DNA of 64,000 nucleotides. Origin: Vermamoeba vermiformis (taxonomy: Eukaryota). Shown here piece after piece: positions 23,203 to 36,958 of the stretch (its first letter is position 1; each line of letters starts with the position of its first letter). Below the pieces are notes generated by a model. That model ran no database searches. It was not told where the DNA came from and saw nothing but the letters and a program-made list of their open reading frames with translations. The translations under genes and the position numbers were made by a program. The DNA lies in the NCBI GenBank assembly GCA_045837725.1, contig JBEWZL010000209.1, positions 434,001 through 498,000 of the forward strand. The letters run 5' to 3'.

Positions 23203-25794
23203 TTACGAACAAGTAGCGGAACACTGGGATTCAAACCACTTTGGGATCGGGCATTTGAACTCGATGTTTGACGCATAGCAAATACGCACCTTCCAATAAT
23301 CCAAGTGCTCGAATGAGACATATGAAAACGGGTTGTTTGATATGTCGACATATTCTAACCGAGGCTCGTCTTCACCTTCGTCCCAGAACAAACCATTCAA
23401 CTTGTTGTGGCTCACATCCAAATATTTGAGCGCTGTAAACCTTATCATGGTAAAGTATCCATCAAGGTTATTATGAGATAAATCAAGCTCATCACTGACG
23501 CGCAAGTACGGAACGGAGCCAGTTAAGTTGTTGTTCGATAGATGCAGCGCCCAGATCGAGTTGACAAATCCCATTGGCGGTATCGTTCCGGTCAATGCAT
23601 TCGATGATAAGTTAATAAGCATGCTGTCAGTTTCATATAGGAGTGTCGGTGGAATAGTCCCATGAATATTGCAGTCACCAAGATCCAGTTTGAGATTGCG
23701 CATCTGGTGGTTTGGAATGGTTCCAGTGAGCTTCTTATTTTGACCCAAAATGATCTCTTCTATTTTCGGTAGGTACCACAACGACGAGGGGATCGTGCCT
23801 TGCAAATCATTCAACGCCAGATCGATGCGCTCAAGCGTTTCAATGTCACCGATCTCCACGGGGATTGTTCCAACAAGATTATTTTCTTTGATGTGCAGGG
23901 CCACTATATGGTCGCTATAGCAATATACACCATACCATTCACATACGGATTCGTCAGAGCCCCATTTGTTATTATGGAACCAATTCGATCCGTTCGTGGC
24001 CAAGAACAACTTCATCAAAGCGTCTCTATGGTGAGGATAATTGTAGGGTATCGGAGCACTCTGAGCGGGCGGTGGTGATGGTGTTAACGGATTGTTGTTG
24101 AAGTTGCTTGGCGAAGTCACGAAGTAAAAGACGCCAACTACAGCGCTAATGAGGAAGACCAAGGCTGCGAGTGGCATCAGCCATTGACGAGCTCTGCTTG
24201 TTATTGTGTGCGTGGTGCTCGTCACTGCTGTATCCTTGTTGACCTTTTCATCGCATTTAGGTTGCTTCGAGATGAACTCAGCATACAACGAGTCCAGCAA
24301 CCTGCTGATCCGATCCGACTCTGACTTGAGTCCGTTGATGTCACTCAAGTTCTGTTTGATCGATTCACTGAGGTAAGGAATCAATGACTCGTAGTCCACA
24401 TGAAGAATGCCATCGATCAACTGAACTGCTTCAGGAACAACACTTTCGATTTGTTGTGCAATGTAACCAACGAATCGTTTGTTTGTTGAGTGCTGAACAT
24501 TGTCTTTGAACTTGTATTCAACGCCATCAATCTTCAGAAGCACGTTGCGTGGATCACGATCTATGAAGACTTGAAGTTAGCAAGATAATTTCGAACCAGA
24601 TCGCGTGTCACAAGTACCTTCCGTGAGGAGTCTGATGTCTTCTTTAATGTTGATATCAGATGCCTTGTAGAAGTTGAGTGCTCTGAAGTTGCCCACAACT
24701 TCTGCATTGCCGTTGTAGAGTACCAAGTATTGCTCATCGTGGTCTTCTGCCTTTGGCATTAACATGTCGTTCTCGGGCAAATACTCACGATATACTATCA
24801 TATTACTATTGTACTATTAGTAACTGCGTAGTAGTACATCATATCGGTACTTACGTGTTTGCCACAAACTCTCTGTGGTCGTACCGTGCGTGGTAAGGAG
24901 ACAGCTCGGTGGACTCGTAGCACACGTTCGGTGAATCCCCTACTGCCTCGTGGAAAGCGCCCGCGACATAAGCATTGTTTGCTAGGCCATGGGTTGTATG
25001 AGGTGAGACGCTGTCTTCTTGCTTGACTGAGACTTCTTCGTAGGCAACGCGTCGTCTTTTCTTTGGTGGTTCTTCGTCGCTTGAATGAAGCTCTGCTTGC
25101 TCGTTGGTGTTGAGTGTTATTGGCTCAAGTAGTGGATATTCTGGCTGTGGCTCGTCGTATTGAGACCAAATGATGGGAACAAGTACTGCAACGTAACGAT
25201 CAGATTCAGTCAGGGAATGTTTTAAGCTAAAAATCGAAGTTCTTTGATAATCATAATGCTAACTAATTGCTTTATTGCAGAATTAGGCAAATTAAAAATT
25301 TGGGGGTTTGTGCCTTGTGAAATTAGCTGCGTAAATAAAACAATATTATTACCTTCATCATTAATTGCTGAATCATCTGCTTTTCGTTTCTTTGGAAGTA
25401 ATTGAAATATTTCAGACGTTCCTCGACTGATTATGGAGCCTAAGTGGACGCAGGCCACATTAAATCTGATCGCTCGCTTTTTCACTTTTCTAAAATCAAA
25501 TACGCCATGCTTAATCTTCAACCGCAGCTTTAAGCCTTCTACTGTGGTATTTTCTTTGGTCTGTAAAATATAAGGGTTTCGTTTTGCCCAGATCAAACTT
25601 TTTGTGGCTTCGAACTCCTTGTCTCCATCACATGATAGGATCTGAATTTGATAGTGCCATTCCTCTACCGAATTTTGTTTCTTTATTGAGATGCCAATCC
25701 CGCTTGAAGCTATTTTGAAAGAATAACCTCCTTGAAAATCTCCATGTAGCGGTATTTGGATTTGAAATATAAACCTAACGTGTAACGACTGCAT
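23203..25794 (-). CDS. Array copy 6: FDFRK domain (family A, close to copy 2) - S74 - TM - LRR
   Basis: ORFs 25222..25794, 24577..24801 and 23203..24543, plus a linker exon ~24855-25187 encoding SSDEEPPKKRRRV. Confidence 0.87.
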
Positions 25795-25912
25795 GTTGTG
25801 TCATTATTAATCGAAAAAAGATCTGATTAACCGGAATTTTGACGTCATTTTTGACACTTCATCTGCATTTGTGAATGCTGAAGTCATTTTCGGGCTTGAA
25901 CATACAAGCGGT

Positions 25913-26392
25913 CAAAACAGACACCCTTCTCATTTAAAAAATCCGCCAAAGATGCACCAATAGAAGCAATCGAATTACATCTTCGAATCGGCCCTGGTTT
26001 TGATTTTAGAAAAGTTCCGAAGAGATACGTCAGATTCGAAATCGAATGCTTTGCTTCTGGAACATTTCAATGTAAAGCCTCTTCAAAAGTATGTCAGATA
26101 CTCGGAAAACGAAGGACTGCGCACGCGTCAGATATTGAAGCAGGTAAAATTTTGTTTTAATTTGTTTCGCACTAAAATTATTATTAACACCCTTTTGTCG
26201 TTTAGATATAATTAACGTGCTCTAATTTGAACCGACAAATAATATTTGGTAATTTTTAATTTTATTTTTACTTTTTCAGCCGTGATCCCCGTCGTTTGGC
26301 AAGCTCCAACCAACCTCGACAATTCAGACTTTGATATCGACGTTGAAGAGCTTCTTCAAAGCTTTTCAAACAATGAAGAGAGGCCTCCACCA
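25913..26392 (+). pseudogene. Truncated fragment of a family-B array gene (3' part of exon 1, intron 1, start of exon 2)
   Basis: Near-identical to 44675-~45153 including the intron; no start, no S74/TM/LRR. Confidence 0.85.
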
Positions 26393-26931
26393 CGCGCTCA
26401 ATAAGCGAACCTCGTTGGTGAAAAGACGCATCTTGATCAAACTTCTTCTCGAGTGCTGATGCAAGTGATCAGATTCTTCAAAACGTGACAACCTGTTCGC
26501 TGACTTCACTCAGTTCAAACAGAACAAACCTGCAAAAGTTCCATAAGTATGATAGTCAGGACAATCGATTTGGTATCGAAGGCTTGCATTGGGCTTGGGT
26601 GGTATCGCAGACTCAGCTCAAACGGTTTGGCATCAGTACGCTACCAACTTCAAGTCGAGCTTGTTGTTAGTTCGGCGATGCAGCATATAGCTACTTGATG
26701 TAGATGATGTCTGGATTTTGAAGCGATGTGGTGCTACGTGTGATTAAACCTGATGTTTTATTGTGCCACGCACAATGGTTACAAATGTGCGGTTATGCAC
26801 CCAAAATGTAGATTTCTTTGTCCTTGTCTCATCTCTCTACGAATTTCCGAATGTACTCTTTTGTCACATTCGTCCAAGTCCCGTCCGCGTAGCGTACTTA
26901 TACGGAATATAACCATTACTGTGGGGCTTAA

Positions 26932-28474
26932 ATGGAGAAGCTAAGAGTAAAGACGTCATTCATCGTGTTTGTCCCGTTGGAAAGCGAACCATATCAGGTC
27001 GTTCGATCAGATGGCCCAAAACCAAATTTCGGGTTTTCTCTGGACACAAATTGCGGACGAGTGCTATTTTCAATTAAGCTGTTCTGCAAGCAGAGAGTAA
27101 CATCAAAGGAATACGAACAAGCTGACTGTCTTTGTTGGGCAACCAGAACTCCACTCGCTCTCAGAAAACGAACAGATGAACAACAACCGACGCTTGCCCT
27201 ACGACTAAAGGTCAAACAAGGAGCGTTCGATTTTAGAAAGAGTAAGAAGAGATTCATTCGGTTGCAAATCGAATGTGGTACTTCAGAAGGGCAACTCATC
27301 AAAACCGCCACATCTGAATTTTTTCAATTGCTTCCACGGAAGAGAACTAGTGATATATTCGAGGAAGATAACAAAGGAGGTAGGATTTTATATTTAAAAA
27401 ATAATTGCCGATTATTTTGCGGATTTGTTTTCTGATCTTCCTTCAGTTATCCTTCCTTTGCAATGGCGAAACAATCATTGTATTGGAAATATTCGTCATG
27501 TTTTCCAATTACTCTCCAGCCCAAGTGGTTGTTTTACTGACGAAGAGGACTCAGTTATTACTCATTACGATGGACCAGAGACACCAATGGCGGACGATAA
27601 CTCAGAGTGCAACTCGCCTAAATCTGAGGAGAGCAGTAGCGAGCATATTCTACTAAGGTGCGTAAAATGGTTATCCAAGCGTACTTTCTAATCTAGAGCT
27701 ACGTAGGAGCCAGGCCGACAGAGAGGATCGAAGTGCAATGAGCAATGCTAGTATAGTTGAAGGATACGATGTATATGACAGCGGAAGTAGTTCCGATAGC
27801 GATGTCGTGCTGCAGTCTCACGAGGATCTACCAGATTTACACGGGCAACCAGAGCCGCAGACGACGTAAGTAATAAGTATATTTTCGCAATATAGATATT
27901 AACTCAAGTACACTTCAGTGGGCTTTCATTTAATACAGTATTGGTGCAACGCCACTCTCAACAAAACGAACATTATGCCGTGCTGCACAACGGCAATGCA
28001 GAAGTCGTGGGCAACTTCAGAGCACTCAACTTCTACAAGGCATCCGATATCAATATCAAAGAAGACATCAGACTGCTCATGGAAGGTACGTACAATTCAA
28101 CACATACTCAGTGATCGTGTTGCACTGGTGCTAACGTTGTTTCAGAACACGATCCACGTGACGTTCTTCTGAAGATCTCAGGAGTGTCGTACAAATTCAA
28201 ACCAGGCACAACACACTCCACTCAACGACGATTCGTTGGTTACATTGCACAACAAATCGAAAGTGTTGTTCCTGAAGCAGTTCAGTTGATCGATGGCATT
28301 CTTCATGTGGATTACGAGTCATTGATTCCCTATCTCAGTGAATCGATCAAACAGAACTACAGTGACGTCAATGCCTTAAAGGCTGAACTACATTGTCTTA
28401 AACTGGTCGTTGTTGTGTTAGTATTAGCTGTACTTTACTTCGGACTTCTTGCCAGCAACTTCCTGAGGCACTGA
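26932..28474 (+). CDS. Array copy 7: FDFRK domain (family C) - S74 - TM, no LRR ectodomain
   Basis: Five exons splice in frame; the protein ends ...LKLVVVVLVLAVLYFGLLASNFLRH* just after the TM. Confidence 0.8.
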
Positions 28475-28619
28475 CGATTCTTAGAAGAGTCTTTTTGTTT
28501 TGTCCTGCTACTTGTACAGTGTAGAGTATTAATTGTAATTGTAAGATCAAATTTCCGAAAATCACAATGTGCCCTCGTGTCACATGACAAGTCCCATCTG
28601 GGTTTCAATTTCAAGTTTA

Positions 28620-31242
28620 ATGATTGCGCCTGATGTGATGGAGAAAGTACACGTTAAAACGAGTTTCTCGTTGTTCGTTCCTTTGGAAAACAATTACCTG
28701 CATCTCGCTCAAACAGAGCTGACCTCTGAATCCACTCCGGGTATTTCAATCACTGATCATTCCGGCAATCGCATCTTCTTCACACTGCGATTGTTCTGCA
28801 AGCAGAGATTGTCATCAAAAGAGTACGAGCAGCCTGATAGCCTTTGTTTGACAAAGCGGCTGCCATTCAGAAAACAAACAGCCGAAGATCGGCACAGTTC
28901 AGGCTTTATTCTTCGATTGAAGGTTAAGCAAGGCACGTTTGATTTCAGAAAGGTCGAGAAGAGATTCATTCGGTTGCAGGTTGACTGCATAACTTCAGAA
29001 GGTCAATTAATTAATTCTGCGACTTCAGAATTTTTCCAATTACTTCCGCGCAAACGACAGAGCGGAGTATTAGCAGACATCAGTAAAGAAGGTCAGTATT
29101 CAATTTTTAAAATTATTCAATAATTAATTTCAGTATTAAAAATTATCCGGAGCTTGCCTAATTTAGAAAACAGTGATTATTACCGCGCTATGGAACCGCC
29201 ACGATAATAGCCTGTTTTACAACGCGCATTATGCAAGCAAATCATCGGAAAGCCGAGCTTTTTCATCGGATGCGATCAACACCATCCTCCAGCAAGCACA
29301 TGAAGAGTCAAAGAATCAAGTCGACTTTTCATCTTCAATACACATATTAGAAGAGAGCAGTAGCGAGCACCAGGCTCTACTAAGGTAAGTGCCTGGTTTG
29401 ATCGGTAACATTGGTCTGACCTCGTTCTCGTAGCTTGGAGGGCAGCGAATCAGAAAATTACGATCAGTCTGCCTTGAATGCCGCGCTTGATGGTTATACA
29501 AATAATAACTTGTTGATGGACCAATACATGGTGCTGTACAACGGCAATGCAGAAGTCGTGGGCAACTTCAGAGCACTCAACTTCTACAAGGCATCCGATA
29601 TCAATATTAAAGAGGACGTTAGACTGCTCATGGAAGGTACATGCAATTCAACACATACTCAGCGATTGTGTTGCACGTGTACTAACGTTGTTTTTCAGAA
29701 CACGATCCACGTGACGTCCTTCTGAAGATCTCTGGCGTGTCGTACAAATTCAAACCAGGCACAACACACTCCACTCAACGACGATTCGTTGGTTACATTG
29801 CACAACAAATCGAAAGTGTTGTTCCTGAAGCAGTTCAGTTGATCGATGGAGTTCTGCACGTGGACTACGAGTCATTGATACCCTATCTCAGTGAATCGAT
29901 CAAACAGAACTTCACTGACATTAAACAAAGCAACAACGATATTGGTTACATGAAGCACGAACATCATCGCATCAAGCAAATCTTAGACTTGCTGTACGAG
30001 GACTTTTTGAAGAGAGAACAAACGCGGAACAAAGAAGAGTCACGTGCGAATATTCAACGCGATCCTTTGTCGACTTGGCGCAGAGTTTTATTGCTAATAT
30101 TTGGCATTGCGTTGACTGCTACAGCAGTGATGGTTGGATTGTTCTTCGTGCTCGATCACAAAGTAATTCTTCCCGACAGCCCGCCCACCGCTCCTTCACC
30201 TGCACCACCAACAGAAACTCCATTGCCTGACATTGACCCGTACAAAGAAGCACTTATAGACCTTTATCTTTCGACGAATGGCCAAAATTGGAACTTGTCC
30301 TCGTCACAAAACCCAGTTCGATGGCTTTCAGATGCACCAATATGCCGCTGGTATGGAGTGAGTTGTTTTAACGGAACACTTACCGTACTTTGGCTGGCGG
30401 GTGCAAATCTTCAAGGAACAATTCCAGAGTCGATTGGCAATCTCACATCTTTGAAAGTGCTTGCGTTGAACAATAACAAGTTGACAGGAGTGATTCCAAA
30501 CTCGATCGGCAAGCTTATTAACTTGCAGCGCCTACATATGTCTAAAAACCATCTTACTGGAACGATTCCTGACTCGATTGGCAATATTACTACACTACAG
30601 GAGCTGAGCCTGTATGAAAACAATTTGACAGGAACAATTCCACCGTTAGAAATGCTCTACGAATTAGAACAGTTAAGTCTCGATGATAATCCAGAATTGT
30701 CAGGCACATTACCAGATTTGCCGAATCGGATTTTGCAGGTTACCCTAAGTGGATGTGCTCTTAATGGAACAATTCCGCAATCGATTTCAACATTGCAAGA
30801 CATAAACACTATATTATTGGATCACAATCAACTACAAGGAACTATTCCACGTCTTCCTTCTGGCAATGTTATGTCGATTTACATTAATTTAAGTTACAAC
30901 AGCTTGGAAGGCACTGTACCCTCATTTGTCGATAACATTTTTACAAATCCAACTGTGTACCTTGATCTGTCTTATAATAAGCTTCATGGCTCAATACAGA
31001 ATCTAGCAGGAACGAAGTTCATTTGGATCTGCTTACAGAACAACAAACTCAGTGGCGAAGTTTCGTATTATGATACCAGCATTCTAAAGTGGCTAGATAT
31101 TAGTAATAACATGTTCACTTCATTCAACAGTTCAGCGCCTGCACCAAGTGACAACTTCGTTTGTGACGCGTACGGGAATCCCTTTCGATGTCCAATTCCA
31201 GATTGGGTTCTACAAAGTTGTAACGCTACTTGTATTAGTTAG
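28620..31242 (+). CDS. Array copy 8: FDFRK domain (family C) - S74 - TM - long LRR ectodomain
   Basis: ORFs 28569..29123, 29173..29388, 29435..29725 and 29737..31242. Confidence 0.87.
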
Positions 31243-31360
31243 TAAATATGACGACCAAAGTTGTACGATAATTTGGAGGCTCGATCGTGTGTTCCCTCTT
31301 TTGGTCCCGTGTTAATTTTGTAGTCACATCCAAAATCTTTTCGCCCAATACCACACAGCG

Positions 31361-33844
31361 ATGGCAAGAGTGCGCGTCAAAGCATCATTTAGTTTATTCC
31401 TTCCATTGGAAAGCGAGCGTAACGAATTCGGAAACTTGACTCTCACATCCAAACCTCAGTTTGGATTCACCACTGCGCATCCTTTCGGAGAGATCAAATA
31501 TTCTTTGAGGTTATTCTACAAGCAGCGGATCAAAGTTGCACAAGAATACGAACAACAAGACTGTCTTTGTTGGGCGACAAAAACTCCACTCTGTCTGACA
31601 GATGAGCAACAACAGTCAGGATTACTCCTTCGATTAAAGGTCAAACAAGGAGTATTCGATTTTAGAAAAGTCGAGAAGATATTTATTCGCTTACAGATCG
31701 AATGTAGTACTTCAGAAGGTCAAATAATTAATACCGCGACTTCAGAATTTTTTCAATTGCTTCCACGTAAGCGAAAAAGCGATATATTCGATGGAAATAG
31801 CAAAGGAGGTCAGTATATAATTTTAAAAAATAATTTCGGTTAATTATAAATAAATTAGAACTAACTCTTTTTGCAGTGATCATTCCAATGCAATGGCGAA
31901 ATAATATTAATACCTTTGATGTAATTCAACGACAACTAAACGACCAAATTGCTGCAGCCAACGAGTTCGAAAGATCCAATATCGCGCACGAAGAGCAAGC
32001 GTTAACTACGTACGTACCATAATGTGATTTTCCTAATTTTGGGCGACGCTAATACCCGAGTTAGTGAATGTACCATGGTTAATATTGCACCTGATTACAG
32101 CGAACATTACAACGGAAGTTTTGAAAGCGACGCTGTTCATCTATCAACACCTGGTTATGAGCACGGGCGACCAGAGCTATCGTGAGTAAACAATTTTTCG
32201 CAGTTGATTGGTTAATTGTTGTTAATTGTGTCTTCAGTACCTCCTCAAACAACGCCTTAGTTCGTTACGAGCACGAGAACGAACAGTACATGGTACTCTA
32301 CAACGGCAATGCAGAAGTTGTGGGCAACTTCAGAGCACTCAACTTCTACAAGGCATCTGATATCAAAATCAAAGAGGATATCAGACTACTCACTGAAGGT
32401 ACGTGTGGTTCGAAAAATTATAATCTTGCTAACATTAAGTTTCATAGATCGCAACCCACGCAACGTTCTTCTGAAGATTGAAGGCGTGGAGTACAAGTTC
32501 AAGAAAGGAACGAGTCACTCAACAAACAAACGATTCGTTGGTTACATTGCACAACAAATCGAAAGTGTTGTTCCTGAAGCAGTTCAGTTGATCGATGGCA
32601 TTCTTCATGTGGACTACGAGTCATTGATTCCTTACCTCAGTGAATCGATCAAACAGAACTACAGTGACACCAATAATGTCAAATCCGAGCAAAGTCGTAT
32701 CAAAATGATCATTGACATGCTTTACGATGACTACATGAAACGAGAGTCAACTCAGTCCCAAAAGTACAAAGCGACACACGACTCCAGGTCTAATTCAAAA
32801 CGACAACCAAAGTACACTTGGTTCCATATTCTGATGATTGTGCTTGGTACTATAGTGACTATATCTGTCGTGACAATTGGCACGTACCTCATCACTCAAA
32901 AAGTGCACGTTAATCATAACACTCCAAATGACGCTCCGTTACCTTCTACAAACCCATTACCTGCGCTGACGCCAGCAATCCAAACGACAACGCCACATTA
33001 TTATGATCCAGACAGATTCGCACTTGTAGAGTTGTATTTGGCAACGAATGGTGATAATTGGAGCATACCAAAGGGTCAGTGGTCGTTAGACAAGTTGACG
33101 TGCACTTGGACTGGAGTTAGATGTGACGGTGGACGAGTTATTGAACTTATACTTGCGCACAAGAACTTAAGCGGGACCATCCCAAGCTCGATCAGCAACC
33201 TGGAAGAACTTGAGTATCTTGCGTTAAGCAATAACAATCTGACAGGAACGATACCAGCATCAATCAAGCAACTCAAGCGCCTTGCTACGTTAAGCATGGC
33301 AGGCAATCCGCACTTGTCAGGATCAATCCCTGATTTACCGACCTCACTGAGGAGCATTGACTTGGATCATTGTAACTTTACTGGGACAATTCCAGAGTCA
33401 GTCTCAAAAATGAAGTTAGAGGCATTAACGCTCAGCTATAATCAACTCAGCGGGACGATCCCGCGGCTACATCCAGCTTATGGAATTGACTTGTCTCATA
33501 ATCGATTAGAAGGCACTATACCACCATTCAAAAGTACAAATGGTTTGTCTTCAGGAATGGCGTTGGACGTCTCGAGCAACTTGCTCCATGGAACGTTGGA
33601 AAACTTAAAGAACATCGATTTGGCTAGCCTCTCGGTGCAGAACAATAACTTCACCGGGGAAGCTGCGTTATTTCATATGACGCAGCTTCATACATTATTT
33701 TTAGGCAACAACTCATTTACGTCGTTTAACAGATCTACGTCTAAACCTTATTACTTGGCCGAATGTGACGCATCCGGCATTGGATTTCGGTGTCCAATTC
33801 CTGATTGGCTCGCAACAAAATGCAATGCCTTTTGTATTGCTTAG
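31361..33844 (+). CDS. Array copy 9: FDFRK domain (family C) - S74 - TM - LRR
   Basis: ORFs 31361..31843, 32182..32481 and 32309..33844 plus linker exons. Confidence 0.87.
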
Positions 33845-33966
33845 ACTATGTAAATAAATCATGCAAGCCGTGCAGTCGGAATTCCCGAAGAAATGTGCTT
33901 TTTGGTCCCATTGTCTGGTCCCCTCCTTACACGTCAAATTAACAGTCACAATTAAAACAACCAACG

Positions 33967-36632
33967 ATGGAAAAGGTCCACGTTAAAAAGCGATTTTCGT
34001 TATTTGTTCCTTTTGATGGCGAGCAAACGGTATTTGAATTCCAAACGAATCCAAGTTTTGGGCTTTTGTTAGTCTACAACCGAGTTCGAATTGTCTTCAC
34101 CTTGAAACTCTTCTGTAAGCAACGTTTAACTTCCAAAGAATACGAACAACCGGATTGTCTTTGTTGGGCGACGAAAACACCACTCACTTTTAGCAAAAGT
34201 GTCGATGAAGGACAACAATCGGGGCTTTTGCTCCAACTCAAAGTTAAACAAGGGGCATTCGATTTTAGAAAGGTCGAGAAGAGATTTATTCGCTTACAGA
34301 TCGAGTGTGGTACATCAGAAGGTCAACTAATTAATACTGCAACTTCAGAATTTTTTCAATTGCTTCCACGCAAGCGGAAAAGCGATACATTCGTTAGAGA
34401 GCTATCAGCAGGTCAGTATCGAATTTTTAAAAATATTCTAAAAAACTTGGAAGTGTGGATGTGACTAAACTTCGTGAACAGCTGTGCTGTCTGTGCGATG
34501 GAAAAATGTAAATTCAAATCAAAATTTCCGAAACTCTGCAAGAGATCTGGGTTCTCACGAACTCAACGAAAGAGCGGATTCGCTAAATAACAACGCTGCA
34601 CCAGAATATTATCAACCTAGGAATATGGAATTGGAGCGCAATGACTTGAGAGTCAGGTATGCATAGATACTAGCAAAATTAGTAGGGTTATTTTAGAAAA
34701 TTTCTAACGTCGCGACCGTGTCAGTTCAGATGAGAGCGAACAAAACAACCCGTCTCACGTAGACAATGCTGCACATGCTCACAGCGGCTACTTGCAATAT
34801 AATGACAGTTCTGAGAGTGACTTGGTTCTTCAATCACATGAGGATGTTCCAACGACGCCTGGCAACGATTACGAGCAGCAAGAACCATTGTCGTAAGTGA
34901 TTGCAAGCAACCACATCATTCACACGATCTAATAGCCCTCTTTAGCGTTTATTCCATGGTTGCACGATCCCAAAATGAGTTGCACCATCAACGTGCAAAC
35001 GAGCAATATATGGTGCTGTACAACGGCAATGCAGAAGTCGTGGGCAACTTCAGAGCACTCAACTTCTACAAGGCATCTGATATCAACATCAAAGAAGACG
35101 TTAGACTGCTTATGGAAGGTGCGTGCAATTCAACATGCTCAGCGATCATTTTGCAAGTGTACTAACGTTGTTTTTCAGAACACGATCCACGTGACGTTCT
35201 TCTGAAGATCGATGGCGTATCGTACAAGTTCAAACCAGGCACAACACACTCCACTCAACGACGATTCGTTGGTTACATTGCACAACAAATCGAAAGTGTT
35301 GTTCCTGAAGCAGTTCAATTGATCGATGGTGTTCTGCACGTGGATTACGAGTCATTAATTCCTTACCTCAGTGAATCGATCAAACAGAACTTCAACGACA
35401 TCAATGCAGTTAAATCCGAGCAGGATCGCATCAAAGTGATCGTAGACATGCTTTACGAAGACTTTCTGCAACGAGACCGAGGCAAAAGATATCACGATTC
35501 CAACGACAACCCAAAGAAAACCAAATTAACCAAGTCGCACAAAGTGCTATTGGCAGTACTCAGTATCGTGTTTACGGCAATAGCTGTAATGATTGGCTTG
35601 TACTTCATCGTAGACTTCAACATACCTGTCGACGACGCGCCTTCACCTTCCGCGACACCTTCTTGGCAGTCACCTACGCATTCTTTAACTCCTTTATCGA
35701 CTGCTACACCCCCTCCGCTGCCTGCACCTGCTCCTTCATCCAGCCCGTTGCCTACTTCAACTCCCTCCCCAACTATTACAGAGAAAGATCCGGACAGAGT
35801 AGCGCTTGAGGATCTATACGCGGCAACAAATGGCGATGATTGGAGGTTACGTCAAGGTTATGAATGGCTGTCAGACGCTCCTATGTGCAGCTGGAGTGGA
35901 GTGAAGTGTCGGAACGGGAGAGTTATTGAACTTGCTTTGTATAGCATCAACCTGCGGGGAACAATTCCCGATTCAATTGGCACGCTCAATGCTCTCGAGC
36001 ATCTCGACTTGAATGGAAACAATCTGACAGGAACAATACCGTCGTCAATCATTCAACTGAAAAACCTAACGTATTTGGCCGTGCAACGAAACATCAACTT
36101 GTCAGGAACGATTCCTGATTTACCTCTGTCTCTTCAGTACTTCTTTGCAGGCAACTGCAATCTGTCAGGAACAATTCCCCGATCAATAGTGAACATGACG
36201 AAGCTATTTTCACTTGTCCTAGAGTCAAATCAACTCCGTGGCACAATTCCTCCATTGCCAGCCAACCTGGGCGTTCTCTTTCTCAGTGGCAATCAATTAG
36301 AAGGCACATTGCCGCAGTTTAAACTGCACAATACAAAAATTTCCCTGAATGTTGCTAACAATTCACTCACGGGAACTCTGGAGAATCTTGCCGACACCAA
36401 AGTTAGCGGACTTGAAATATCAAACAACAAGTTTGAAGGAGAAGTTGTGTTGTTCAACTTTACATTGCTAAGAAGTCTCTTCATTGACGGCAACTTGTTT
36501 ACCTCATTCAAGCAGTCAACATCGGAGCCGTTCGATTATTTTGAGCCATTCTATTGTAACGCGAGAGGAAATCATTTTAAGTGCCCAATTCCGTCCTGGC
36601 TCAAAAAAGATTGTAAGGCAACTTGCAAGTAA
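33967..36632 (+). CDS. Array copy 10: FDFRK domain (family C) - S74 - TM - long Pro/Ser/Thr stalk - LRR
   Basis: ORFs 33967..34464, 34484..34666, 34956..35165 and 35319..36632. Confidence 0.87.
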
Positions 36633-36958
36633 TCCCATTATCTGTACATATAGACTATTCGGTTGCGCAGAAATAAAAGCACATCCATGGTCATACATGC
36701 AATACTTTCGAAGGATCTCCATGTTGTACAATTAGAAAGTGAGTAACCTCGAAGGCACGTACTCACTTGGTCATCCGCGTTTGTGTCGCCAGTCACGACC
36801 TTTTGCTTACCAAGTGTAATCATTGATGTTCACAACGCTGACTAGGAACGAACAAAGGGACTTACCAAAAATTCACGAATTGACGTCAATCAGTCCGGTT
36901 TTACTACAAGTTAAATGTTGCAAAATGGGAGTCAATAGATATTTTGTAGATAATTATA

